Source: Vicinamibacterales bacterium | GTDB taxonomy: Bacteria > Acidobacteriota > Vicinamibacteria > Vicinamibacterales > UBA2999 | Assembly: GCA_030680175.1 (NCBI GenBank) | Contig: JAUXWO010000049.1 | Span: 10,873-74,872, forward strand | Length of the DNA: 64,000 bases | Reading direction: 5' to 3' | In this document: positions 53,459 to 63,902 of the stretch, one piece after another | Layout: each line of letters opens with the position of its first letter | Position numbering within the stretch: the stretch's first letter is position 1 | Notes under the pieces: model-generated | Seen by the model: only the letters and a program-made list of their open reading frames with translations | The model's database searches: none | Told to the model about the DNA's origin: nothing | Program-made: the position numbers and the translations under genes

Positions 53459-54898
53459 TCAGCCCTTGTACGGGGCGCCCGTCGCGGGGTGGTTCACCGA
53501 GAACTCGCGCCCGCCGTTGTCGAAGTAGTCCTTGGTGATCTTCTTGATCGTGCCCATCAGGAAGAAGATCCCGACCAGGTTCGGGAACGCCATGAAGCCG
53601 TTCAGCAGCGTGCCGATGGCCCAGACGAGCTGCACTTCGACCACGGCGCCGACCATGATCAAGGCGGTGAAGATCACGCGGTAGGGCTTGACCACGCGCG
53701 AGCCGAACATGAACTCGACGCACTTCTCGCCGTAGTAGCACCAGCCAATCAGCGTCGAGAACCCGAAGAGGAACGAGCAGACGGCCACGAGGACGCGCGC
53801 GCCGGGAATCACCGTCCCGAGGGCGGCCGCGGTCAGGTCGCCGCTGGCGTTGGTGTAGAGCGGGTCTGTCCAGAGCCCCGACTCGAGGATGACGAACGCC
53901 GTGACCGTGCACACGACGATCGTGTCGATGAACACCTCGAAGATGCCGACGACACCCTGTTCGGCCGGGTGCTTCACGTTGGCGATGCCGTGGGCGATCG
54001 GCGCGCTGCCAAGCCCGGCCTCGTTCGAGAGGACGCCGCGGCTGACGCCGGCCGCCAGAGCCTGCGCGACCGAGGCGCCCGCGAAGCCGCCAATCGCCGC
54101 CGTGGGCGTCATCGACTCGCTGACGATGAGGAGCAGGGCCGCGGGCAGCGCCGTGATGTTCAGGACCAGGAACGTGAACCCGGCACCGAGGTAGAGGACG
54201 ATCATCGACGGCACGAGCTTCTCGGCCACGTGCGCGATGCGCTGGATGCCGCCGAGCAGCACGGCGCCGACCGCGGCGGTGATCAGGATCCCGGGCACCC
54301 ACAGCGGCAGGTCGACACCGGTCATGTAGCGCCCGGCCTCGACGAACGTGCGCGCCACCGTGTTCGACTGCGCCATGTTGCCGGTCCCGAAGAGCGCGGC
54401 GGCGGCGCCGAAGAACGCGAACATGAGCGCGAGCGTCTTGCCGAGGGCGGCGTTCGGGATGCCGCGCGTGATGTAGTACATCGGCCCGCTGGCCAGTTCG
54501 CCGCTTTCGCGCGTGACCCGGTAGTGGACGCCCAGGACGGCCTCGGCGTACTTCGTCGCCATGCCGACCGTGGCGCAGACCCACATCCAGAACACCGCGC
54601 CGGGGCCGCCGATGAGGATGGCCGTCGCCACGCCGCCGATGTTGCCGTTCCCCACGGTCGACGCCAGCGCCGTGGTCAGCGCCTGGAAGGGCGTGATCGT
54701 CTTGGAGCCGGCCTCCGACTTCTGCCGCATGCCCGCGATCACCATCCGGACGGCCACGGGGAACTTCCGGACCTGCACGAAGCCCGTGACGATCGTGATG
54801 AGACCACCCACGATGACCAGCACGAGCGGCATGGCAAACGGCTGCCACACCAGGCCGTCGATCATCGTGATTCGAGAGGTGAGTTCGTCGAGCGTCAT
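53459..54898 (-). CDS. Alanine/glycine:cation symporter (AGCS) family transporter
   Basis: ITPFQALTTALASTVGNGNIGGVATAILIGGPGAVFWMW..., multiple TM segments. AGGAG lies upstream of the ATG. Confidence 0.9.
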   Translation of the reverse strand: MTLDELTSRITMIDGLVWQPFAMPLVLVIVGGLITIVTGFVQVRKFPVAVRMVIAGMRQKSEAGSKTITPFQALTTALASTVGNGNIGGVATAILIGGPGAVFWMWVCATVGMATKYAEAVLGVHYRVTRESGELASGPMYYITRGIPNAALGKTLALMFAFFGAAAALFGTGNMAQSNTVARTFVEAGRYMTGVDLPLWVPGILITAAVGAVLLGGIQRIAHVAEKLVPSMIVLYLGAGFTFLVLNITALPAALLLIVSESMTPTAAIGGFAGASVAQALAAGVSRGVLSNEAGLGSAPIAHGIANVKHPAEQGVVGIFEVFIDTIVVCTVTAFVILESGLWTDPLYTNASGDLTAAALGTVIPGARVLVAVCSFLFGFSTLIGWCYYGEKCVEFMFGSRVVKPYRVIFTALIMVGAVVEVQLVWAIGTLLNGFMAFPNLVGIFFLMGTIKKITKDYFDNGGREFSVNHPATGAPYKG

Positions 54899-54943
54899 CG
54901 AGTCTCCTAGGGACAGAGGGAATAATCGGCGGCGGCCACGACC

Positions 54944-56305
54944 TCACCCCAGGAGGTCGCGCACCGTGAAGAAGATGATGATGGCGATGGCCGCCGGACA
55001 GACGAAGCGGATCAGCACGGACCAGAGCGCGGCCCCTGGCATCCCGCCGCCGATCTCGAGTTCCTTGAGCGCCTCGTCGGCGCGCCACACCCAGCCGACG
55101 AACACGGACAGCCCCAGGCCGCCAATGGGCAGGGCGAAGTTGTTCCAGACGGTGGCCATCAGGTCGAGAAACGCCATCCCGACGCCCGGCAGGCTGCTGA
55201 AGAAGGCCGACGCGCCGTTGCCGAGCGCCGAGGGGATCGAGAGCAGGAAGGTGACCCCGGCGAGGGTCAATACCGCCTGCTGGCGCGTCCAGCCGCGGGA
55301 GTCGATGAGATAGGACGTCGGCACCTCGAGCAGCGAGATCGTCGAGGTGATGGCCGCCATCGTCAGCATGATGAAGAAGGCGGCGCCGAAGAGCTCGCCG
55401 CCGGGCATCGTGGCGAAGAGACGCGGGAGCACCGCGAAGATGAGGCCCGGACCCGAGGTCGACGGGTCGAACCCCGGGATGGTGAACCCGGCGGGGAAGA
55501 TGATGAAGCCGGCCATCAGCGCGACCGACGTGTCGAGGACCACGACCCAGGCGGCGGCGCGCGCGATGTTCTCCTTCGGGTCCAGGTAGCTGCCGTAGGT
55601 GATCATCGCGCCCATGCCAAGGCTCAGCGAGAAGAACGCCTGGCCGAGTGCGGCGTTGATGATCGACATGTCGAAGATCTTGCTGAAGTCGGGCTTCAAA
55701 TAGTACGCGAGGCCCGCCTCGGCACCCGGGAGGGTCAGCGACCGGGCCATGAGGACCACGAGCAGCAGGAGCAGCGCCGGCATCAACGCCTTGGTCATGC
55801 GTTCGATGCCGTCGCGCACGCCCCCGATGATGATCCCGGCCGTCGTGGCCAGCACCACGAACGTCAACCCGATGGTGAGGGGCGCGTTGGCCACGAAGCC
55901 GCCGAAGAACTGGCCGATGGCCTCGGGGCTGCCCGCCACGGCCCCCGTCAGCGTGAAGTAGATGTAGGCGATCGTCCAGCCGGCGATGACCGAGTAGAAG
56001 GAGAGGATGCCGACCCCGGCGCAGATGCCGAGCACGCCCACCAGCTTCCAGTTGCCGGGGCGGATGGCCTCGAGCGACCCGGCCGGATCCTTGCGGCCGC
56101 GCCGCCCGACGGCGAGCTCGGCGATGAGGATGGGGGCGCAGACGAGGAACACGCACACGAGGTAGACGAGGACGAACGCCGCGCCGCCGCCCCGGCCGAC
56201 CTGGGTGGGGAAGCCCCAGATGTTGCCGAGTCCCACGGCGGACCCGGCCGCGGCCAGGATAAAGCCCACCCGCGATCCCCACATGCCCCGTCCCGGTGCG
56301 GCCAT
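54944..56305 (-). CDS. Sodium-dependent transporter, neurotransmitter:sodium symporter (SNF) family
   Basis: WGSRVGFILAAAGSAVGLGNIWGFP...GGGAAFVLVYLV. The ATG at 56305 is preceded by AGGGAGGG. The upstream part of the track ORF is a non-coding extension. Confidence 0.85.
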   Translation of the reverse strand: MAAPGRGMWGSRVGFILAAAGSAVGLGNIWGFPTQVGRGGGAAFVLVYLVCVFLVCAPILIAELAVGRRGRKDPAGSLEAIRPGNWKLVGVLGICAGVGILSFYSVIAGWTIAYIYFTLTGAVAGSPEAIGQFFGGFVANAPLTIGLTFVVLATTAGIIIGGVRDGIERMTKALMPALLLLLVVLMARSLTLPGAEAGLAYYLKPDFSKIFDMSIINAALGQAFFSLSLGMGAMITYGSYLDPKENIARAAAWVVVLDTSVALMAGFIIFPAGFTIPGFDPSTSGPGLIFAVLPRLFATMPGGELFGAAFFIMLTMAAITSTISLLEVPTSYLIDSRGWTRQQAVLTLAGVTFLLSIPSALGNGASAFFSSLPGVGMAFLDLMATVWNNFALPIGGLGLSVFVGWVWRADEALKELEIGGGMPGAALWSVLIRFVCPAAIAIIIFFTVRDLLG

Positions 56306-56441
56306 CCAGCGCCCTCCCTGAGCTTCAACCCGTGCCACCGAAGATGCTTCGGTCGCCGCGCGATGATACCTGCACCACGGCTCCGGCTCAAGTGAAGAGA
56401 GGGCGGGCCCGTACGGGCATGGCCCGAAGGCGGAATACAGC

Positions 56442-56468
56442 AGGCAAAAGGCAATAGGCAACAGGAGA
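56442..56468. repeat. Heptamer repeat AGGCAAN x3 (continuing as AGGAGAG)
   Basis: Read directly: AGGCAAa AGGCAAt AGGCAAc AGGAGAg. This is an unusually A-rich patch in the divergent SNF/folD spacer. Confidence 0.7.
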
Positions 56469-56561
56469 GGGCAGGAGGCGCCGGCAGCGCGGCTCCGACG
56501 TGAGCGGGGGGCGGATGGTATGATTCGCCCGGTTTCGGAACACCGACCGGAGGGAGCGAGC

Positions 56562-57488
<927 letters not shown>

Positions 57489-57569
57489 CACCCTGGACAC
57501 CTTGAGCACCCTCGGCACTCTGGGCACCCTGGGCACCTTGGGCACCTTGGGCACCCTGGGCACCTTGTC
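57489..57569. repeat. Nine consecutive nonamers (CACCYTNNG) making up the entire 81-nt folD-coaE spacer
   Basis: Read directly: caccctgga caccttgag caccctcgg cactctggg caccctggg caccttggg caccttggg caccctggg caccttgtc, then ATG. Confidence 0.95.
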
Positions 57570-58178
57570 ATGACACGCATCGCCCTCACCGGCGGCATCG
57601 CCACCGGCAAGTCGTATGTCGCGACGCGTCTCCGGGCGGCCGGCGTCCCGGTCGTGGACGCGGACGTACTCGCCCGCGAGGCGGTCGCGCCGGGGACACC
57701 GGGGCTGGCCGCCATTCGCGCGCGGTTCGGTGACGCGGTCATCGGCCCGGACGGCGGGCTCGATCGGAAGGGCGTGGCAGACCTCGTGTTCACCGACGCC
57801 GCCGCGCGCCGGGATCTCGAGCAGATCGTCCATCCCGCCGTGCGCGCGGCCATCGAGGCGTTCTTTGCCGGGCTTCCTCCCGAGACGCCGTTTGCCGTGG
57901 CGGACATCCCCCTGCTCTTCGAGACCGGCCGCGCGCGCGATTTCGACGCGGTCGTCGTGGCCGCCTGTCCACGCGCGCTCCAGGTGGAGCGCGTGATGGC
58001 GCGCGACGCGGCGTCGCGCGACGACGCCGAGCGGCGCATTGCCGCCCAGTGGCCGATCGATGACAAGGTGCCGCTGGCGGACTACGTGATCTGGACCGGG
58101 ATCAGCGCGGCCGAAACCGACTGGCAGATCGCGCACCTGCTGGCCGTGCTCGGGGCGCGATTCGGCCGGCCGCGCTGA
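57570..58178 (+). CDS. coaE: Dephospho-CoA kinase
   Basis: IALTGGIATGKS (P-loop), VVDADVLAREAV, IVHPAV, DIPLLFE. Confidence 0.9.
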   Translation: MTRIALTGGIATGKSYVATRLRAAGVPVVDADVLAREAVAPGTPGLAAIRARFGDAVIGPDGGLDRKGVADLVFTDAAARRDLEQIVHPAVRAAIEAFFAGLPPETPFAVADIPLLFETGRARDFDAVVVAACPRALQVERVMARDAASRDDAERRIAAQWPIDDKVPLADYVIWTGISAAETDWQIAHLLAVLGARFGRPR

Positions 58179-58350
58179 CGCTGGCGGACACGGCGCCGTC
58201 CCGTCGTCCCGGACCGCCCTCGCCGCCGTCGCGCACGGCGTACGGTCCACTCCGGCCCGAGGCGCCGGCCCCGGATTGCCGGACCGTCCGGCCGGCGGTT
58301 GGCGGTGGCGCCCCGCCGCTGCACGGGCCATAATCGCCGACGGAGGGCGG

Positions 58351-58902
58351 ATGACTGTGGCGTGGCTCGTGGCGGCGCTGGCGATCGCGGTCTGGGCGAT
58401 CGTCACCTACAACCGGCTCGTGCATCTGCGCAACCAGGTGCAGACGGCCTGGGCCGACATCGACGTCCAGCTCACACGCCGTCACGCGCTCGTGCCGCAA
58501 CTGGTGGCGGCGGTGCGTGGCTACACCGGACATGAACGCGGCGTCCTCGAGGCCGTGACCGAACTGCGCGCGCAGGCCCTGGCGGTCAGCAGCCCGGCAC
58601 GCCTCGGCGAGGTCGAGTCGTCGCTGGCGCAGGCCGTCTCCCGCCTGCTGGCACTCAAGGAGGCGTACCCCGACCTGCAGGCCAGCGACCAGTTCCTGCA
58701 GCTGCAGCGCGACCTTGTGGAGGTCGAAGAGCACCTGCAGTTCGCGCGCCGCTTCTACAACGGCGCGGTGCGCGACTACCACACTGCCCTCCAGCGCATT
58801 CCCGATCTCGTCGTCGCGCGCGCGGGCGGGTTCGCCGAGCGGGAGTTCTTCCAGGCGGGCGACGACGAGCGCGAGGCGGTGGCGGTGGAGATCGGCCGAT
58901 GA
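58351..58902 (+). CDS. LemA-family membrane protein
   Basis: N-terminal TM, then YNRLVHLRNQVQTAWADIDVQLTRRHALVPQLV...RFYNGAVRDYHTALQRIP. GGAGGG precedes the ATG. Confidence 0.85.
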   Translation: MTVAWLVAALAIAVWAIVTYNRLVHLRNQVQTAWADIDVQLTRRHALVPQLVAAVRGYTGHERGVLEAVTELRAQALAVSSPARLGEVESSLAQAVSRLLALKEAYPDLQASDQFLQLQRDLVEVEEHLQFARRFYNGAVRDYHTALQRIPDLVVARAGGFAEREFFQAGDDEREAVAVEIGR

Positions 58903-60626
58903 CGCGCGTGTGGATCGCCGTCGTTCTGATGGCGCTTGCGACGCCGGCCCTCGCACAGGAGCGGATCCTGGCGTACGACAGCGAGGTCGCCATCAACGTG
59001 GATGGCAGCCTCGACGTGACGGAGCACATCACGGTCCGGGCGGAGGGGCGGAACATCCGGCGGGGCATCTACCGCGATTTCCCCACGCGCTATCGGGATC
59101 GCCATGGCAACCACGTCGTCGTGGACGTCGAGGTGCTGGGCGTGGAGCGGAACGGCGCGGCCGAGCCCTGGTTCACGGAGCGCGTGTCGAACGGCATCCG
59201 CATCAACACCGGCAACGACGACCTGCTGCGCGTGCCGGCCGAGTATCGCTTCACCCTGCGCTATCGCACCACGCGCCAGCTCGGCTTCTTCGAGTCGCAC
59301 GACGAGCTCTACTGGAATGCCATCGGCACGGGGTGGGACTTCCGCATCGAAGCCGGGAGCGTCGAGGTGCGCCTGCCATCGCCGGTGCCCGTCGCGGCGC
59401 TCGGCGCGGAGGGCTACACGGGGCCCCAGGGGGCGCAGGGCGGCGCCTACGAGGCCGAGGTGCCCGAGCCTGGCGTGGCGCGGTACCGCCTGAGCGCGCC
59501 CCTCGACACGCGTGAGGGCTTCACGATCGTCCTGACCTTCCCCAAGGGCATCGTGACGGCGCCCACCGGCGCCGAGCGGCTGCGCTGGTTCCTCCAGGAC
59601 AACGGCGGCGTGCTCGTGGCGCTCGGCGGCCTCCTCGCGTTGCTGCTGTTCGTCGTGCGTGAGTGGCGGCGGGTCGGGCGCGATCCCGATCCGGGGCCGA
59701 CGATTGCCCGCTACCTGCCGCCCGACGGACACACACCGGCGAGCCTGCGCTACGTGCGGCGCATGGGCTACGACATGCGGTGCTTCTCCGCGGACGTGCT
59801 GTCCCTCGCGGTCGCTGGGCAGCTGCGGATCCACCGGGAGAAGCGCCGCTTCAGCGAGCAATGGCGGCTCGAGCGCAGCGGGGAGGCGGACGCGGCCACG
59901 GTGACCGAGACCGCGCGTCCGCTGTTGCTGCACCTGTTTCCCGCCGGGCGGAAGAGCCTGGAACTGAAGAACACCAACGCCTCGACGGTGCAGAAGGCGC
60001 GGAACGCGCACGGCGACGCGTTGAAGACGGCCCTGAACCCGCGGTACTTCAAGCTCAATGGGGGGAGTACCGTCGTCGCGGCCCTCCTGATGGCGGCGAG
60101 CCTGATCGCCTCGGTCGTCGTCTCCGGCGGCGCCGGGATTCCGGTGATCGTGGCGGTCCACGGCCTGATGGCGGTGATCGTCGTGGTCTTCGCGCGGCTC
60201 GTGCGGGCACCGACCGCGGAGGGGCGCGCGCTGCTCGACGAGATCGAGGGGCTGAAGCTGTATCTGTCGGTGGCGGAACGCGAGGAACTGTCCATCCTGC
60301 CGGGGCCTGGCGCACCGCCCGTGCTCGATGCCGCGCGGTACGAGGCCCTGCTCCCGTACGCCGTGGCGCTCGAGGTCGAGGAGGCGTGGACGGACAAGTT
60401 CACCGCGGCGGTCGGCGCCGCCGCCGCGGCAGCCGCCGCGACGAGCATGGCCTGGTACAGCGGTTCCCGCGGCATGTCGAACCTCGGCGATTTCAGCAAG
60501 GCGCTGGGCTCGAGCCTCACGTCGCAGATTTCCTCGGCGTCGAGTCCGCCGGGAAGCAGCTCCGGTTCCGGTGGGGGCGGCTCCTCAGGTGGCGGCGGTG
60601 GCGGCGGCGGGGGGGGCGGGCGGTGA
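58899..60626 (+). CDS. DUF2207-like membrane protein with a poly-Gly/Ser C-terminal tail
   Basis: ATGA overlap with the LemA gene. Signal peptide, then ILAYDSEVAINVDGSLDVTEHITVRAEGRNIRRGIYRDFP. Internal TM segments. The tail reads SSGSGGGGSSGGGGGGGGGGGR. The family assignment is from memory. Confidence 0.75.
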   Translation: MTRVWIAVVLMALATPALAQERILAYDSEVAINVDGSLDVTEHITVRAEGRNIRRGIYRDFPTRYRDRHGNHVVVDVEVLGVERNGAAEPWFTERVSNGIRINTGNDDLLRVPAEYRFTLRYRTTRQLGFFESHDELYWNAIGTGWDFRIEAGSVEVRLPSPVPVAALGAEGYTGPQGAQGGAYEAEVPEPGVARYRLSAPLDTREGFTIVLTFPKGIVTAPTGAERLRWFLQDNGGVLVALGGLLALLLFVVREWRRVGRDPDPGPTIARYLPPDGHTPASLRYVRRMGYDMRCFSADVLSLAVAGQLRIHREKRRFSEQWRLERSGEADAATVTETARPLLLHLFPAGRKSLELKNTNASTVQKARNAHGDALKTALNPRYFKLNGGSTVVAALLMAASLIASVVVSGGAGIPVIVAVHGLMAVIVVVFARLVRAPTAEGRALLDEIEGLKLYLSVAEREELSILPGPGAPPVLDAARYEALLPYAVALEVEEAWTDKFTAAVGAAAAAAAATSMAWYSGSRGMSNLGDFSKALGSSLTSQISSASSPPGSSSGSGGGGSSGGGGGGGGGGGR

Positions 60627-60702
60627 TTCGATGACTGCGCCGGCCGGAGGAAGTTGGCGTCGAGAGTCGGATGGCGGTGAGACGGGTGACCAGGATGGTG
60701 CG

Positions 60703-61629
60703 ATGAGCGATGAGACGTGGCCGAGCCTGCCGCTCGAGGCGTGGAAAGACACCAGCACGACGCTGCACCTGTGGACACAGATCGTCGGGAAGGTGCGGGT
60801 GCGGCAGTGCGACTGGGTGAACCACGCCTGGCATTCGACGCTCCACGTCACGAGCCGCGGCCTGACGACGTCGCCGATTCCCTACGGCGGACGCACCTTC
60901 GAGATCGTCTTTGATTTTCTCGCCCAGACCCTGCGCGTCGACACGAACGATGGCCGCCACGCCGCGTTCCCCCTGGAGCCGCAGTCGGTGGCCGGTTTCT
61001 ATCGGCGGCTGATGGCGGCGCTCGAGGCGGTCGAGGTTCGCGTGTTGATTCACATGTGGCCCAACGAGGTGCTCGCCCCCGTCAGGTTCGACGAGGACCA
61101 TGCGCCGCGCGCCTACGACCCGGAGTACGCGGCGCGGTACTGGCGCGTGCTGGTGCAGGCCGATCGCGTGTTCAAGGTGTTCCGCGCGCGCTTCACCGGC
61201 AAGGTCAGCCCGGTCCACTACTTCTGGGGCGCGCCGGATCTCGCCGTCACGCGGTTCTCCGGCCGGCTGGCGCCGGAGCATCCGGGCGGCATTCCGAACC
61301 TGCCTGACGCGATCGCGCGGGAGGCCTACTCGCACGAGGTCAGCAGCTGCGGCTTCTGGCACGGCGGCGGGCCGGTCGCCGATGCCGTGTTCTACGCCTA
61401 CGCGTATCCGGAACCCCCGGGCTTCCGCGAGGCGCCCGTCGCCCCGGCCGCGGCGTACTACTCACAGGACCTGCGGGAGTTCCTGCTGCCGTACGACGCC
61501 GTGCGGCTGGCGCCCTCCCCGGATGACACGCTGCTGGAGTTCCTGCAGACGACGTACGAGGTGGCGGCGAATCTCGCGGCGTGGGATCGAGCCGCCCTCG
61601 AGCGAACGGGGCACCCCCGCCGCCCGTAG
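60703..61629 (+). CDS. DUF5996-like protein (uncharacterised)
   Basis: WPSLPLEAWKDTSTTLHLWTQIVGKVRV... resembles the N-terminus I recall for DUF5996. An ATG at 60631 is an alternative start. Confidence 0.65.
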   Translation: MSDETWPSLPLEAWKDTSTTLHLWTQIVGKVRVRQCDWVNHAWHSTLHVTSRGLTTSPIPYGGRTFEIVFDFLAQTLRVDTNDGRHAAFPLEPQSVAGFYRRLMAALEAVEVRVLIHMWPNEVLAPVRFDEDHAPRAYDPEYAARYWRVLVQADRVFKVFRARFTGKVSPVHYFWGAPDLAVTRFSGRLAPEHPGGIPNLPDAIAREAYSHEVSSCGFWHGGGPVADAVFYAYAYPEPPGFREAPVAPAAAYYSQDLREFLLPYDAVRLAPSPDDTLLEFLQTTYEVAANLAAWDRAALERTGHPRRP

Positions 61630-61705
61630 GCGGGCAGTCCCACACCCGGTCACCGCATTCGTGCCGTCACGGCGCGCCACTCTGTGTTGGCAGTAGAGTA
61701 CCCAG

Positions 61706-62650
61706 ATGAGTCACCCGCCCATGTTCCGCGCCGCCTGGCTCCCCGTTGTGCTGTGTCTGGCCGCGTGTGGCGGCAGCCCCGAGCCTCCGCCCAGCGAGCC
61801 GGCCGCGCCGGTCGCTGACCCGGCGCAGGCGCTCGAGGCCCTGCTGCTCGCCGACCGCACGTTCGCCGCGGTCAGCGCGGACGTGGATGTCGTCAGCGGC
61901 CTCAGCGCGATGTTCGACGACACCGTGATCATGGCCGTGCCGGGGCAGCCGTTTGCGATCGGGAAGGCGGCAGCGCGCGCGGCGCTCGAGGCCAACCCCG
62001 CCAACCTGGACTCGCGCGCGTCGTGGACGCCTGTGCGGGCGGGCCTCTCGGCGGATGGCCTGCACGGCTTCACGTTCGGCTACATGACGGTGACGCGATC
62101 CGACGAGACCGTCACCCCCGCCAAGTACCTGGCGTACTGGGTCAAGGGATCCGGGGGCTGGCGCGTGGCGGTGTATCGCCGCGGCCCGCGACCGGAAGGC
62201 GACGTGCCCCCGGAGATGATGCCCCCGGCGCTGCCGCCGCAGATGGTGGCGCCCACGACCGACGACGCGGCCCTCGCCGCGCTGCGTGCCGAACTCGAGG
62301 CCGCCGAGCGTGCGTTCTCCGACGAGGCGCAGGTCATCGGCCTCGGACCGGCGTTCGCGAAGCACGGGAGTGCCGATGCGGTGAACATGGGCGGTCCGGG
62401 CGACGCCACGTTCGTCGTGGGGGCCGACGCGATCGGACGGTCCGTGTCGGCCGGCCAGCCCGCAAGCGGTGGGAGCACCCTGTCGTGGGCGCCCGAACAG
62501 TCATTGGTCGCTTCGAGCGGCGATCTCGGTGTGACGATCGGGCGCATCGTGACCAATCCTGTACCCGGACAGGAGGAGCGGGTGTTTCCCTTCTTCACGA
62601 TCTGGCGCCGCGCCGCGCCCGGCGAGCCGTGGCGCTACGTGGCTGAGTAG
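61706..62650 (+). CDS. Lipoprotein with two NTF2/SnoaL-like (DUF4440-like) halves
   Basis: Canonical lipobox VVLCLAAC. The two halves each have a helix followed by a ...GFTFGYMTV... / ...GVTIGRIV... strand pattern, ending in WRVAVYRR / WRYVAE. Confidence 0.6.
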   Translation: MSHPPMFRAAWLPVVLCLAACGGSPEPPPSEPAAPVADPAQALEALLLADRTFAAVSADVDVVSGLSAMFDDTVIMAVPGQPFAIGKAAARAALEANPANLDSRASWTPVRAGLSADGLHGFTFGYMTVTRSDETVTPAKYLAYWVKGSGGWRVAVYRRGPRPEGDVPPEMMPPALPPQMVAPTTDDAALAALRAELEAAERAFSDEAQVIGLGPAFAKHGSADAVNMGGPGDATFVVGADAIGRSVSAGQPASGGSTLSWAPEQSLVASSGDLGVTIGRIVTNPVPGQEERVFPFFTIWRRAAPGEPWRYVAE

Positions 62651-62669
62651 CGCGCCCAGGGAGACGGCG

Positions 62670-63896
62670 CTAGAGTTCGACGCTGTCCTTCTTCGGGGCG
62701 AGGCGTTCCTCGACGAAGGTGTTCCACTCGTGGCAGTGGGGGCACTGCCAGAGCAGCTCCGTGCTGCGGTAGTGGCAGTTCAGGCAGACGTGCGGATCGA
62801 GATAGAAGACGGCGTCCTTGGCCTGCGCGATGTAGCGTTCGACGAGGGCGCGGTCGAGGCCGAGGTCGAGCAGCGCCTGCCAGATGGCCTGGTGCACGCT
62901 GAGTCCGTGGGGGTTGTGGGCGAGGGCGTCGAGCAGCACGTCGAGCGCCTCGGCCGAGCGGCCCGCGCGCGCGAGATGGCGGCCGAGCGCCAGGCGCGCC
63001 CGCCAGTCCTGGGCGTTGGCGGCGATCAGCCGGCGGCAGCGCTCCGCGAACCGCTCGGGCGTGCCGGCGTCCGTGTAGAACCGTTCCAGGCGCTCGAACA
63101 CCAGGTACGCGCGGTCCGGCCGCGTCTCGATCATGCGCTCCCAGGCCTGCGCCGCCCCCGCGGCGTCGCCCCCGGCCAGGCGCACATCGCCCAGGTTCAG
63201 GTAGGCGGGCGAGGTCGAGGGCTCGAGGTCGACCGCCTGTGAGAAGCTGCGCGCGGCGAGCGCCGTGTCGCCGGCCTTGAGGGCATCGACGCCAATCGCA
63301 TTCTCGATGAAGGCGAGGATCGCCTGGCTGCGCGCGGGCGACTCTGGACCCGTCAGGGTGACCAGTTGCTCGCGGACCCGCCGGGCCTCCACCCACTGGT
63401 GCTGCTCTTCGTAGAGCTTCTGCAGGTTCAGCAGCGCGTAGTAATTCGCGGCATCGAAGCGCAGCACTTCCTTGAACGCCTCGACGGCGCGATCGACGAA
63501 CCCGCCGCGCTTGAAATCGAGGCCGAGGCAGAGCAGCACGTACGTGTGTTCGAGCCGGGTGAGCTTGGGCCGCTGGAGCAGCGCCTGGTGCACCTGGATC
63601 GCACGGGCGACCTGTCCGCGCTCGCGGTGGATGTTGCCGAGGATCAGGTGAATCTCGAGCGCGTCGGCGTCCACCCGGGCGGCCTGGCTCAGTTCCTCGA
63701 TGGCCAGGTCGATCTGGTTGGCGACCAGGAAGCTGAGGCCCAGCACGTAGTGGTGGGAATCGCGCGCGCGCCGCCGGTCGATCCAGCGCCCGTCGCGCAG
63801 CTTGTAGCGTTCCCAGGCCTTGCCGATGGCCACGCCGGCCAGCAAGGCAAGGAGCGCCGCGACGAGCGGCAGGTACGTCGTGAGTTCGTCGAGCAT
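62670..63896 (-). CDS. lapB: Lipopolysaccharide assembly protein LapB (YciM)
   Basis: N-terminal TM, TPR repeats, and a C-terminal rubredoxin-like CLNCHYRSTELLWQCPHCHEWNTF. Confidence 0.85.
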   Translation of the reverse strand: MLDELTTYLPLVAALLALLAGVAIGKAWERYKLRDGRWIDRRRARDSHHYVLGLSFLVANQIDLAIEELSQAARVDADALEIHLILGNIHRERGQVARAIQVHQALLQRPKLTRLEHTYVLLCLGLDFKRGGFVDRAVEAFKEVLRFDAANYYALLNLQKLYEEQHQWVEARRVREQLVTLTGPESPARSQAILAFIENAIGVDALKAGDTALAARSFSQAVDLEPSTSPAYLNLGDVRLAGGDAAGAAQAWERMIETRPDRAYLVFERLERFYTDAGTPERFAERCRRLIAANAQDWRARLALGRHLARAGRSAEALDVLLDALAHNPHGLSVHQAIWQALLDLGLDRALVERYIAQAKDAVFYLDPHVCLNCHYRSTELLWQCPHCHEWNTFVEERLAPKKDSVEL

Positions 63897-63902
63897 CGCG
63901 GC

